A stretch of DNA of 64,000 nucleotides, taken from positions 13,290,101 to 13,354,100 of the forward strand of contig NC_092677.1 in NCBI RefSeq assembly GCF_964355755.1. The letters run 5' to 3'. The position numbers were made by a program, and so were the translations under genes. Shown piece after piece: positions 41,081 through 52,832 of the stretch; the first letter of the stretch is position 1; each line of letters opens with the position of its first letter. Below the pieces are notes generated by a model, which was given only the letters and a program-made list of their open reading frames with translations, was not told where the DNA came from and made no database searches. The stretch comes from Antedon mediterranea. Taxonomy: Eukaryota > Animalia > Echinodermata.

Positions 41081-41841
41081 TTTTTTTTTTCTTCTACAGT
41101 TGATACAATAAGTGCCTTGAAATAAACATTACATTTAAGATAACCTGAATACAAGCCAACTTTATGAACTAACTAATTAGCAAAAATGAATTCACTGTTA
41201 TGATTATTATCATGATACACAAAAACAACCACGTTAACAAAAACATAAATAATGAAAGGTTAATGTTACATACAAACAAACGTGATATATGTATCGCAAA
41301 ATCGTATGTTACTCGCATTCACAAAATCGTTTCATAAACATCATCAAATTGACACTAGCAAATCAGTTTTATGCATCCAAACTCGAAGTTTGATGAGAAT
41401 TATGGCATTAAGTGTTCACATTTGACATTAATCCGTATCATAAAATTGATCGACATGCCAAATTTTCACTCGCGAAGGTCATAGATATAATGAACCAGGT
41501 TTAATTTGTCACAACCTGGGCAACATTATACAGCCCTCATGGGACCAGAACTTGTGTTAGAGTTTATTTACTGAAAACTTGGTCATATTGGACATCTCCA
41601 CAACATAAATACTTTTTTTATTGCATCATTCTCATACAATAATACAATAATGATAGTAAAGTAATCATACAATTGAGAAATTACTTTTTGAAAGTGAAAT
41701 AAATATTTATTTTATAAATCTGTATAGTTACTCACATAATAAAATGGTGTTTTTGTTTAATACAGAAAAAAAATATATTAGTCCAATTATTTTTGTTTTC
41801 AATTATTGTATCTACAGTAGGCACATTGTTAAAGACTATTA

Positions 41842-42003
41842 AGCTCTGTCTACACTATCAAACTTTAAGTGACAAAAATGTGATGTACTTATAAATTGAT
41901 ATGATGATGTCATACAGTATCGCTTCAATTTTGACATATCAATACCATATTTGGGCATATCACACTTTTTTTGTCAGACTAGTTTGAAAGTGCAGACAGA
42001 GTT
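41842..42003 (+). mobile_element. MITE family B, copy 3
   Basis: TTA-AGCTCTGTCTACACTATCAAACT ... AGTTTGAAAGTGCAGACAGAGTT. Confidence 0.8.
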
Positions 42004-42040
42004 CAAAGGCAATTTCTTTTATATAGGTGCTGTATATCAA

Positions 42041-42140
42041 CAAAGTCTTAAGAGTGGAGTTGTATTGAGAAAAAATCTAGACATCTGTCAGGATTTGAAC
42101 CAAGAACTTAAGGAACCTTAACTACAAAGCTAGAAACTCC
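42041..42140 (-). mobile_element. Degenerate head of a tRNA-SINE (same family as 52578-52832)
   Basis: AAGTCTT..GGAGTTG..AGAAAAAATCTAGACATCTGTCAGGATTTGAACC aligns with 52714-52781. Confidence 0.6.
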
Positions 42141-43149
42141 ACTACTAGAAAGTCACAATCTAAATCAAACAATCCAACATCTGGTTAATACTGTATGTAT
42201 CTTTTACTCTGATGTCTGCTGACAGACTCTGACAATGGAACCAACCTCATTCCACTTTTCTTACATCATTTAATTCAATATCTGGTGACAAATTTAATCA
42301 TAGATCTCCATCATCCTTCCCCTCTCATCCTTACGACATCTATCTAGTCCTTTCTTTGTGCAAAAAACATTAACTCTGGTACTCTTTTCCAGTCTCCAAA
42401 TAATTTCATTACCCTTGCTTTGGTAAATGAGCATTGAAAAACACAAAAAACCACAAAATCTTGAAAATAGTTTCAAAGACTAAAATTGTTTCTAGTCTTG
42501 ATCGTCCAAAAAAAAATATCTATGGAGCCAACAAAACCAATTCACAGACTCAAACATTTGAGTAACCTCTATGGATAATGGCATCATTAAAACAATGAAC
42601 AATTAAAAATGAGAATTCGCACCAATTATTGCAGTTGATATATTCAAGGATGATAAATTAAAAAGCATACCTCCTGAAGATCTTGAAAATTAACCAGAAA
42701 AAAATGTGTTAAATTCTCTAATGAAGAAAATAATGCTTCCATCAAAATGTATGTTAGTCGAGTATTAAGTGTATCATTTTTTTTTTGTGGCTATTCTAAG
42801 GTCAACGCGTCTTAAAACAAATCATGACGCATTTACAATTTCATGTTTACAATTTTACGTTTGAAGGCACCACATGGCTTTAATGCGCTCCTAAAATTTG
42901 GTCAAAACATTCATGCAGAAAAATTATCCTAATTAGAATGTCGTGACCATGTCCTTATCGGCTTTGCGCGCCTGTCTCTCTAATACATGGATGTAATTCC
43001 ATTTTCGAAAAAAACTGAATCAACATACGCTGTTATTTAGCAGCATATACACTGAGTTTGTTTAACATACGTCCGATGGAATGATGTGTTGTTGGAGGAT
43101 TTCACAGATAGGGGCGAGTTGAATCTAGATCAGCATGGTGAACAATCTA

Positions 43150-43350
43150 TAGTAGAACCATTCCCGAGGTGATGTCATTCCCACCTGAATGAGGGCAATA
43201 TGTTTTAAACATTACATCCATCCCTATTCAGGGGACGCATAATAAAGGGACACTTTTATGTGAGGGGAAATATATTTTGTAACACTATGGCCAATCCTTT
43301 TCAGAAGAAACATTGTTGTGCCCCAAAGATGGCCCCTTTAATAAGGTTCT
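43150..43350 (-). mobile_element. MITE family C, degenerate copy
   Basis: TAGTAGAACC start, CTATTCAGGGGAC and AAAGGGACAC motifs, AACACTATG, and a GGTTCT end. Confidence 0.5.
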
Positions 43351-45113
43351 TTAAATTACTCATTCTGTTTTCTATCTTCCACATCATTTTTGGGGGAGTT
43401 ATATACTGTTGTGTCTACACAGGTTGAAAATAGAATATTATAAATTGTGTTATGGGTGTAGACCAATTTCATGGAAAAATCATCAGATAGTATGTTTATT
43501 ATCCCCCAAAAAAATATTTTATTTAACAAAACCTTATACCATAAATCTTGGAATACCCATAGGAATAATGGGTGATGTCAATGTTTTATTTTAACCCATG
43601 CAACCAATGAGTTTAATAGATTTTCTAGGAATCTTGTATTTTCACTTTTTACATCATTGAGTTAATACAATATTATAAATTAAACAACCAGTCACTGGTA
43701 ATGTAATGTAACATTTTCTTTTTTTTTTTCAATAATTTGTTTTTAAATGGTAGAAAAATGACTAAACACAATTTGCAACCTGAAAGCTATTTACCCATCA
43801 TTAAACAAACATTATCAATTAAGATGGTTTTTATTGTAGAAAACATATTTTGTGTTAAATTTGATGAAAAATAATGAAATGGAACATGTTTTCCTGAAAT
43901 AATAACTGCATTAAAAAAGGGGTTCTGACTCTGGCCAAATATGGTGAATCATTACATCAGAAACATGTCATTTTAGTTAAACATAACCTACTTAGAAACT
44001 TTAAACCAATCAAATGCCAGAATTACAAAAATATAGATTGTGCACAATGTATAGTAGTAAGTGTTCAGTTTTCAAAATGGTTTAAAAATTGACCTATTTC
44101 CTCAATAGATTAGAGATATAAAAGGAGGTAGACATTTGTACCTACAATTTTAGATAATACAATAAATTGATAAAATATATCCAGGAACCTCTCCTTTCAA
44201 ATACCAGTGTGATTATGGAGTACATTTTTGCAGATGGGATACTACAGAATGGAGCTTATGTCTATGCCCAATCATACTTTACTATTACATTGGTATATGG
44301 GTATCGAATAAATAACATTGAGTTTTTTTAATATTTCATTAATGTGTTTAGTGATTATTGCAAAAGCAAGTAGCTAGGCCCTATAAAATTTTTCTATATT
44401 TTCATTGACATTTTCACATTTTTTATTTATTTTTTAATTTTTACTGTTGAAAACAATATCCACAACCATTTCAATATCAATTAGCTGTCAACATTATTAA
44501 AATAAAAATTAAACTTTGCAATTTATGCAATGTATTTATTTTCTGATTAATATTGTAAATGTTTGACTTTGGATGTATATATCGCTCACAGCTAATGAAA
44601 ATGTTTGATTAGATAAGAGATACAATTACCTCGTACTAGGTTGAATGATGTTAACTATCTGTGTACATGTAAAAACTAACAACATGCCATATATTTATTA
44701 AAGTAGGTACATAATATAGGCCTAATTTACTATCTAATGTCAGTCGGAGCATACAAGGCTATGTTTTACTGTAGGTTTTAATGCATCAACCTACCTTTGC
44801 ATGTCAGTAGTGTAAAAAAAACATCATTAAATCTTTACAGCAAAATTGTAACCTACACAAAAAAAAAGAAAAAACATGTACAATGAAAGATTATATTTTT
44901 ATTTTAATGACATTTAGGCAAAGAAAAACCGTAGTATAATGGCAGAACCAAAGTTCAAGCATGGTAGCATGGTTATGGTAACTTTCTTGATTGTTTTCTG
45001 AATTAATTAATAAAGATAAAATGCTATAGGAGTGTCTATTGTAGATCTCAATTCAGATCATCATCCAAATGTAAAAGATTAGTACAAACATTTGTATTTG
45101 CAATTTTTTATAC

Positions 45114-45267
45114 TAGAGAGCTTTCGATTTACGACAGCCGACGACCAACCTTGGTCAGGTCAATCGATATGCTGTCAGTTGTCACCTGGACCAAGGAACC
45201 ATCAAACCTGTGTTGAGGTAACATGACGTAGTTTGGTCATTGGTTGTCATAAATCGCAAACTCCCTA
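45114..45267. mobile_element. 154-bp MITE with 35-bp TIRs
   Basis: TAGAGAGCTTTCGATTTACGACAGCCGACGACCAA versus the reverse complement of the right end, TAGGGAGTTTGCGATTTATGACAACCAATGACCAA (28/35 identical). Confidence 0.75.
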
Positions 45268-47495
45268 TTAGTATGGAAATGAATGTATACACAGAGTATT
45301 GATGGTGTAAAGGCAGTGCCTTTCATTGATAGATTTCCAAGTTCAAATCTATAAGTTCATCTAATTATTGATAGACAACAATTAAACAACATTTTTAATT
45401 AATTACTTTTGAAACTGTCAGAAAATATAAAGATCTTTTTTTAAACAAAATAACAATGTAATAATTTTAATTTTCAAATAAAAATAAAACAAACGTCATT
45501 AGGTCATTTCTCAGAGTTTCTTTTATATTAAACATACATTTAGTGGAATCTCTGGTTCTTTGAAAAACAAATTAACCAAAATATGAGAGAATTATTTTAT
45601 AACTTCAGTATAAAATTAAAAACAAAATACTTTTGGAACTAAAATGTACTGTATGAATCGTAACCACTTGAAATAAAAATAAAATAAACATTATTATTTT
45701 TCAGATTTCTTATTTATTAATCATATATTTATTGAACTCGCTGGTTTTTGGAAAAACAAGTAATAATATTCTAATATTCTACTCAAACTTTGACTGTTTA
45801 TCAAAGCTGCACATACTTTAAAAGACAGAATCATATCTACAGTTTTATTCTAAATTATGTTATAGTTCAAAGATTTACAATGGTATGTCCTTGTTTTCAA
45901 ATAATAAATGAATTAATTGAGGAACCTTCAGAGTGATAAATTTATTACACAAATTATTTTTGTCTACGTTTCATATTTGCGGACTATGGGACGCCAGCAA
46001 ATCATCTAAAGTATCTATTTCTTCAGCACAATTATGGATCGATGAACAGACATGCTTTGTGCCAGTTTAAAATTTAAAAAAGCAAATAAATTAAAATTTC
46101 TCAAATCTTTATATTAGTTGATCTCTGTGGAGAATGCAAATATGCATATAAAATGATGATACAGCAACGTTACTTTGTTCACTTTTATGATACAATAAAA
46201 TATCATTTTAAAACAAAAATAATTTGAGAAAGTGTGTAAATATATAATCTATTTTCTATATTTGTTCAATAAGTGCAAATGTTAGTTAAAAATATTGAAA
46301 TTTGAATGTTTTTGAATTATTTCACAATTTATTACAAACGAATAGGTTTAGGACATTTAATACAATTTTTGATTGTTAAAATTAATTAACAATTTTTTAA
46401 TCAAATACTTTATAAATCTTATTATACAATGCCAAGAACATCCATGAAGTTGAATTGAATAAACTAGTTGGTACATTCACTCACTCCAACTTATAATAAA
46501 TTATAGTCTTGAACATGGTCACAGAGAAAAAAAGATATCAGCCATGACAAAAACAACTGTACAAAATTGATGGCCCAAATATTAGTTCATGTTCACAATA
46601 ATTGTCAACGCATTGCTAACATTTAAAAACATGCTAACACTTTTTGTTAAGAAAATTGCAGCCTGTAGCAGTGCCTTGGCCTAATATTGACACACATCAA
46701 GAAACATTTGTCATCCTGTATTTGGTACCTTCATTTTCAGTAAGCTTTATCAATATTTCATGCTATTTTACTTTTATAGAATAATGCTACTTTTCACCCA
46801 ATTCTCTGTACTGATTTCCACATGTCATACAGTGAACAATACAATAGGGTTTAAAAAGGCCCCTAAAATGCAATCCTATAGTTTGTTCATAAATTAGATT
46901 TAAAATTAAAGTCAGACATGATAATCTTGCACTGACATTTGACAAGAAGCTATCAAACTCGGAGAAGTTAAATTATTTGCTCTCCCTATTCGTAGTATTC
47001 CTTGTGTGCTCTTTCTGAAGGAATGTTAAATATCAACAGTTCAAACCATACCATTATTTCTTTTCTCGTTAAAATTCTACCACATAAACAGTTAAATAAT
47101 TTTTATCAGATAATAAAGAAATAACTTAAAAAAAATATATAATGATGATGTCACTAAAGAGAAATTAAAGACCTACTTAATTGTCAAACTAGAAATTTAA
47201 TAAAAATAGTACAGGTCAATGGTAAAGATTCATACATAATTTTAAATGAAATTTAAAACTTGAGATACCTTCACATGATATTGAATTTTTAGGAAATATT
47301 TAAAACACACAATATTATCATATGTAGTTTGAATCACTGTCAAGTACATTTGTTATATAGTTTAATTAATTAGAAAAAAAAAATTGAATAAATGTATGGT
47401 AATTCATGTGAGATATCATTCTTGATTTCTTATAACTCTGACAACATTTCAGTCAAATAAAATGGACAATTTGCAACAGCCGATTCTAGGTACTG

Positions 47496-47632
47496 TATCT
47501 ATTTATGAAGTATCATAGGAATATTTGGTATACAAAATCACATGTGTATCACATGTATCTGTAGTATAAACCTAACCCTTAACCCAACTTGCTGTATTAT
47601 CTAATATTCCTATGATACTTCAGAAATAGATA
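47496..47632. repeat. 30-bp inverted repeat enclosing telomere-like CCTAAC units
   Basis: TATCTATTTATGAAGTATCATAGGAATATT (47496-47525) versus 47603-47632, 1 mismatch; the spacer contains AACCTAACCCTTAACCC. Confidence 0.8.
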
Positions 47633-47715
47633 GTATATGGAGATACAGCACTGGTGGGAGCCAATTATATGATGGATGAACTAGAAATTATCGTTCTTAT
47701 AAACCACCGTAAAAC

Positions 47716-47813
47716 CGTGCAACGTGACTCTACAGCTAACTATGTCGGTCGGTTGGTCGATCGGTAAATACTAACTTGAGCAAGCGACTGCAGCCATGTA
47801 TATTGCCTTGTTT
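47716..47813 (+). mobile_element. Minimal HINE/DINE-like (Helentron-associated) element
   Basis: CGTGCAACGTGACTCTACAGCTAACTATGTCGGTCGGTTGGTCGATCGGT head with a GTCG microsatellite, joined to GCGACTGCAGCCATGTATATTGCCTTG-TTTT. This layout resembles invertebrate HINEs (recognised from memory). Confidence 0.5.
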
Positions 47814-49659
47814 TAGTTTTTCAAGATGGGCTTCTCTTCGAAGTTACTTTTGCAAACTAAAGAGTGGAGATTCTTTTCGAAATGAATGCTGTAAATGTGA
47901 ATTGCTAACTACATTAATAAGATTTCTAAGATATTACCTGCCAAGTTTACATATTTCATACATTATATCTGCATCACAAGTTATCACATTTAATCACCTT
48001 GTTACTTTTAAATTCAAATAGTCTAAAAAGAGGCTCATACTATCTTGAAAATATTCCCAAATTGGTTTCCACCACAAGCTGCATTACCACCACCAAAATT
48101 CACCTAACATCTTTATGTTTCTTAGAACTATTGAGTGTGTGATGAAATATATATATATATACAAACAGAATAACAATTTTGAAAATGAGCATAATTGTGG
48201 ATTTTTTACTTTTACGCTACAATGAGATCACACAAAAATTAAGAGTGCATACATTACATTTGGATATAGCATCTTAAATTTGTTATGCTCTTGGAACGCT
48301 ATTGATTTTATTTTAGTTTGTAAATATCTTGTATGAAGAGAAATTACTTTTTTTAGTAAATTAAACATTTTTAGTTGTAAGCATGGCATTTGAAGCTCTT
48401 CACACAAGAGTCATTATCATTACTGAAATAGAAAAAAAACACAAACATAAAACTTCTTTAAAAAAATCTTAGTTTTTGGCATTTAAAAAACGTTTTGCAA
48501 GCCATCAACAATGTTGTGTAATGGCATATTCAATATATTTCCTATTCCCTTCAGTCTGTTGATATAAGGTCACAAAACTTTACAGTAGCAAGGTGTGATG
48601 TCATCAACAATCATAAGGTTACCATGACCCTATGCATGAACCTAACCCTACTAAACACTCAGCAAGTTCAACGAACTGACACCTAAAACTTGTCCATCTT
48701 TTCCCCCATTTTTAAAGATTGGGTTAAAGCGAACATGTCAATCAACCTATATTCCCTGTTCTCAATTAAACGTGATTCGAAATGACACATTTCGATCGCA
48801 AAAAAGGTCTAAAAATACACATCAAATGGAAATGTCAAGACCAATCTATGTTCCTTAACAGAACGGTGTACCCTTGGCAGCAACTTAGCCCATGTCTTCG
48901 TCCTGGGCTAAATCCGATTTGATGTAATTCTGTCAAAATAACCCAAACATGTCAAACGTATTATTGATAACTAGAACAAAATTTATTTGGCCGTCCTTGG
49001 TTGAACAAACCTTAAAAAATAACTGATGGCTCGTCGAGATTAAAATTCAACTTTGTACTTCTTAACAGTTGCTTTTGACCAAAATATGCCTTTTTTAATC
49101 ACGTCTTGACAAAGTGAAAAAAACATAAACTTTCGATGAAAACAAAAATAATGATCAACTATGACATTCAATTTTATTCACACTACATTAAACCCTACAC
49201 TCACCATTAATATTTGTATATTTATTTATAAATTTCTTTGATGCAATTGTTATTATTGATTATTTAAATATTTGAATACTATATCCTTAATATTAATTCA
49301 ATATCTTAAAATATTATATTATTTTAATAATGTTTTTCAATTTTGTCATGTCTTATAATATAAAAAAATTGTAATAAAAATATTGCGTAGAAGTAAATTT
49401 TTGGTAATGTTTGTCTTTTTAGTAAACGTAATAATTATTTAGAATAGTCTACTTTTACTAATATAGTAATCATTCTGATAGTTATAAATGTTACAACAGT
49501 TTTGCATATTTGCAGTGTAGCCACCTGTGTATGATTCTAATTGAGGGCAGCACTCTCAGTTACTTTCCATATAGAAAATATTATATTAAACTACTATGAT
49601 GTTAATATTATGTTGCGATATCTAAATAGCACTTTTAACAATCAGCCCCAAAGCACTGA

Positions 49660-52076
49660 GAAATAAAATTGGGATTGAAATAAAATGAGGCTTGAAATAA
49701 AATGAGGATTGAAATAAAGAAAGGATTGAAATAAAATGAGGATTGAAATAAAGAAAGAATTGATATAAAATGAGGATTGAAATAAAATGAGGATTGAAAA
49801 AAAATGAGGATTGAAATAGAATGAGGACTGATATAAAAAGAGGATTGAAATAGAATGAGGACTGATATAAAAAGAGGATTGGAATAAAATGAGGACTGAT
49901 ATAAAAAGAGGATTGAAATAGAATGAGGACTGATATAAAAAGAGGATTGAAATAGAATGAGGACTGATATAAAAAGAGGATTGAAATAAAATGAGGACTG
50001 CTATAAAAAGAGGATTGAAATAGAATGAGGACTGCTATAAAAAGAGGATTGAAATAAAATGAGGACTGATATAAAAAGAGGATTGAAATAAAATGAGGAC
50101 TGATATAAAAAGAGGATTGAAATAGAATGAGGACTGATATAAAAAGAGGATTGAAATAGAATGAGGACTGATATAAAAAGAGGATTGAAATAGAATGAGG
50201 ACTGCTATAAAAAGAGGATTGAAATAGAATGAGGACTGCTATAAAAAGAGGATTGAAATAAAATGAGGACTGATATAAAAAGAGGATTGAAATAAAATGA
50301 GGACTGATATAAAAAGAGGATTGAAATAGAATGAGGACTGATATAAAAAGAAGATTGGAATAAAATGAGGACTGATATATAAAGAGGATTGAAATAAAAT
50401 GAGGACTGATATAAAAAGAGGATTGAAATAGAATGAGGACTGCTATAAAAAGAGGATTGAAATAAAATGAGGACTGATATAAAAAGAGGATTGAAATAGA
50501 ATGAGGACTGCTATAAAAAGAGGATTGAAATAAAATGAGGACTGATATAAAAAGAGGATTGAAATAAAATGAGGACTGATATAAAAAGAGGATTGAAATA
50601 AAATGAGGACTGCTATAAAAAGAGGATTGAAATAAAATGAGGACTGATATAAAAAGAGGATTGAAATAGAATGAGGACTGCTATAAAAAGAGGATTGAAA
50701 TAAAATGACTAATATAAAAAGAGGATTGAAATAGAATGAGGACTGCTATAAAAAGAGGATTGAAATAAAATGAGGACTGATATAAAAAGAGGATTAGAAT
50801 AGAATGAGGACTGATATAAAAAGAGGATTGAAATAAAATGAGGACTGATATAAAAATAGGATTGAAATAAAATGAGGACTGATATAAAAAGAGGATTGAA
50901 ATAGAATGAGGACTGCTATAAAAAGAGGATTGAAATAAAATGAGGATTGAAATAAAATGAGGATTGAAATAAAATGAGGATTGAAATAAAATGAGGATTG
51001 AAATAAAATGAGGACTGCTATAAAAAGAGGATTGAAATAAAATGAAGACTGCTATAAAAAGAAGATTGAAATAAAATGAGGATTGAAATAAAATGAGGAC
51101 TGCTATAAAAAGAGGATTGAAATAAAATGAGGACTGATATAAAAAGAGGATTGAAATAAAATGAGGACTGCTATAAAAAGAGGATTGAAATAAAATGAGG
51201 ATTGAAATAAAATGAGGACTGCTATAAAAAGAGGATTGAAATAAAATGAGGACTGATATAAAATGAGGACTGAAATAAAATGAGGACTGATATAAAAAGA
51301 GGATTGAAATAGATTGAGGACTGATATAAAAAGAGGATTGAAATAAAATGAGGACTGCTATAAAAAGAGGATTGAAATAAAATGAGGACTGATATAAAAA
51401 GAGGATTGAAATAAAATGAGGACTGCTATAAAAAGAGGATTGAAATAAAATGAGGACTGCTATAAAAAGAGGATTGAAATAAAATGAGGACTGCTATAAA
51501 AAGAGGATTGAAATAAAATGAGGACTAATATAAAAAGAGGATTGAAATAAAATGAGGACTGCTATAAAAAGAGGATTGCAATAGAATGAGGACTGATATA
51601 AAAAGAGGATTGAAATAAAATGAGGACTGATATAAAAAGAGGATTGAAATAAAATGAGGACTGATATAAAAAGAGGATTGAAATAGAATGAGGACTGATA
51701 TAAAAAGAGGATTGAAATAAAATGAGGACTGATATAAAAAGAGGATTGGAATAAAATGAGGACTGATATAAAAAGAGGATTGAAATAGAATGAGGACTGC
51801 TATAAAAAGAGGATTGGAATAGAATGAGGACTGATATAAAAAGAGGATTGAAATAAAATGAGGACTGATATAAAAAGAGGATTGAAATAAAATGAGGACT
51901 GATATAAAAAGAGGATTGAAATAAAATGAGGACTGATATAAAAAGAGGATTGAAATAAAATGAGGACTGATATAAAAAGAGGATTGAAATAAAATGAGGA
52001 TTGATATATAAAGAGGATTGAAATAAAGAAAGGATTAATATAAAATAAGGATTGATGTAAAATAAGGATTGAAATA
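49660..52076. repeat. 17-bp satellite organised as a 34-bp higher-order dimer (~2.4 kb)
   Basis: Alternating A = GAGGATTGAAATA(A/G)AAT and B = GAGGACTG(A/C)TATAAAAA; the antisense translation repeats every 34 aa (3 x 34 bp). Confidence 0.97.
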
Positions 52077-52577
52077 TCATATGGCAATCAGATGTTAGTT
52101 TTAAGCAGCGCCCAATATACAGCAACTGTGCCTGCCTGCAAAGCAGCTTGTTAGCGTACCACCACAAAAACGTCGTTGTTGTTGTTGTTTGCACTTGGAC
52201 ACCACACAAACACTGAAAGTAATTTGACTAATCATGATGCGATGGGAATATTTTTTTTGATTCGCTTGCTTGTTTCCGTCATAAGGTTTTGTCTAATGTC
52301 AGTAATATCTAAATGCTGTCTTGTTATTTGTTGATTTTTGCTTGTACCTTATATTCTATTGTATATCTTTCAACCCTGTTTATGGTGACGTATGGTCACT
52401 GTAGGGTGATGATGAAATAAAATAAAATACATAAAAAAATAAACTCAATCCAAGTGAAAATGTACAAAGAAATTATTTATTTGCTATTACCTATTTCTTT
52501 TATTGCCAATAGAGTTTCATACTGAATATTTATAATAATACTTATTAGTAACATGATATGCTAGTCATTTTCAGAAG

Positions 52578-52832
52578 TTTATTTATTTTTTTTTTTTTTT
52601 CCCACCATATTTAATGAGGGTGATCCATTCAGCAATTGCATTAGGGACCCTCAGCGGTTCACAAGACAAACATATTCACAAGATGCTCTACATAAACAAA
52701 GTCTAAGTATTACAAGTCTTTGGGAGGGGAGTTGCAATTTTGTCCTTAGAAAAAATCCTGACATGTGACAGGACTCGAACCTAGGACTCTTGGAATGGTA
52801 ACCAAGCATCATAACCACCAAACCATAACTCC
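52578..52832 (-). mobile_element. tRNA-derived SINE with a hairpin 3' end and poly(A) tail
   Basis: Minus strand: A box TGGTTTGGTGG (52815-52825), B box GGTTCGAGTCC (52771-52781), GAGGGT...ACCCTC stem (52616-52652), poly(A) seen as a T run at 52578-52600. Confidence 0.8.

Noticed and set aside
38005-52076. Common origin of the 21-bp and 17-bp arrays (both contain AAATGA...TGAAA)
   Set aside because: The similarity is limited to short A-rich words expected by chance.
51562-52209. 215-aa and 95-aa hydrophobic minus-strand ORFs
   Set aside because: They are translations of the 34-bp satellite, with no independent coding evidence.
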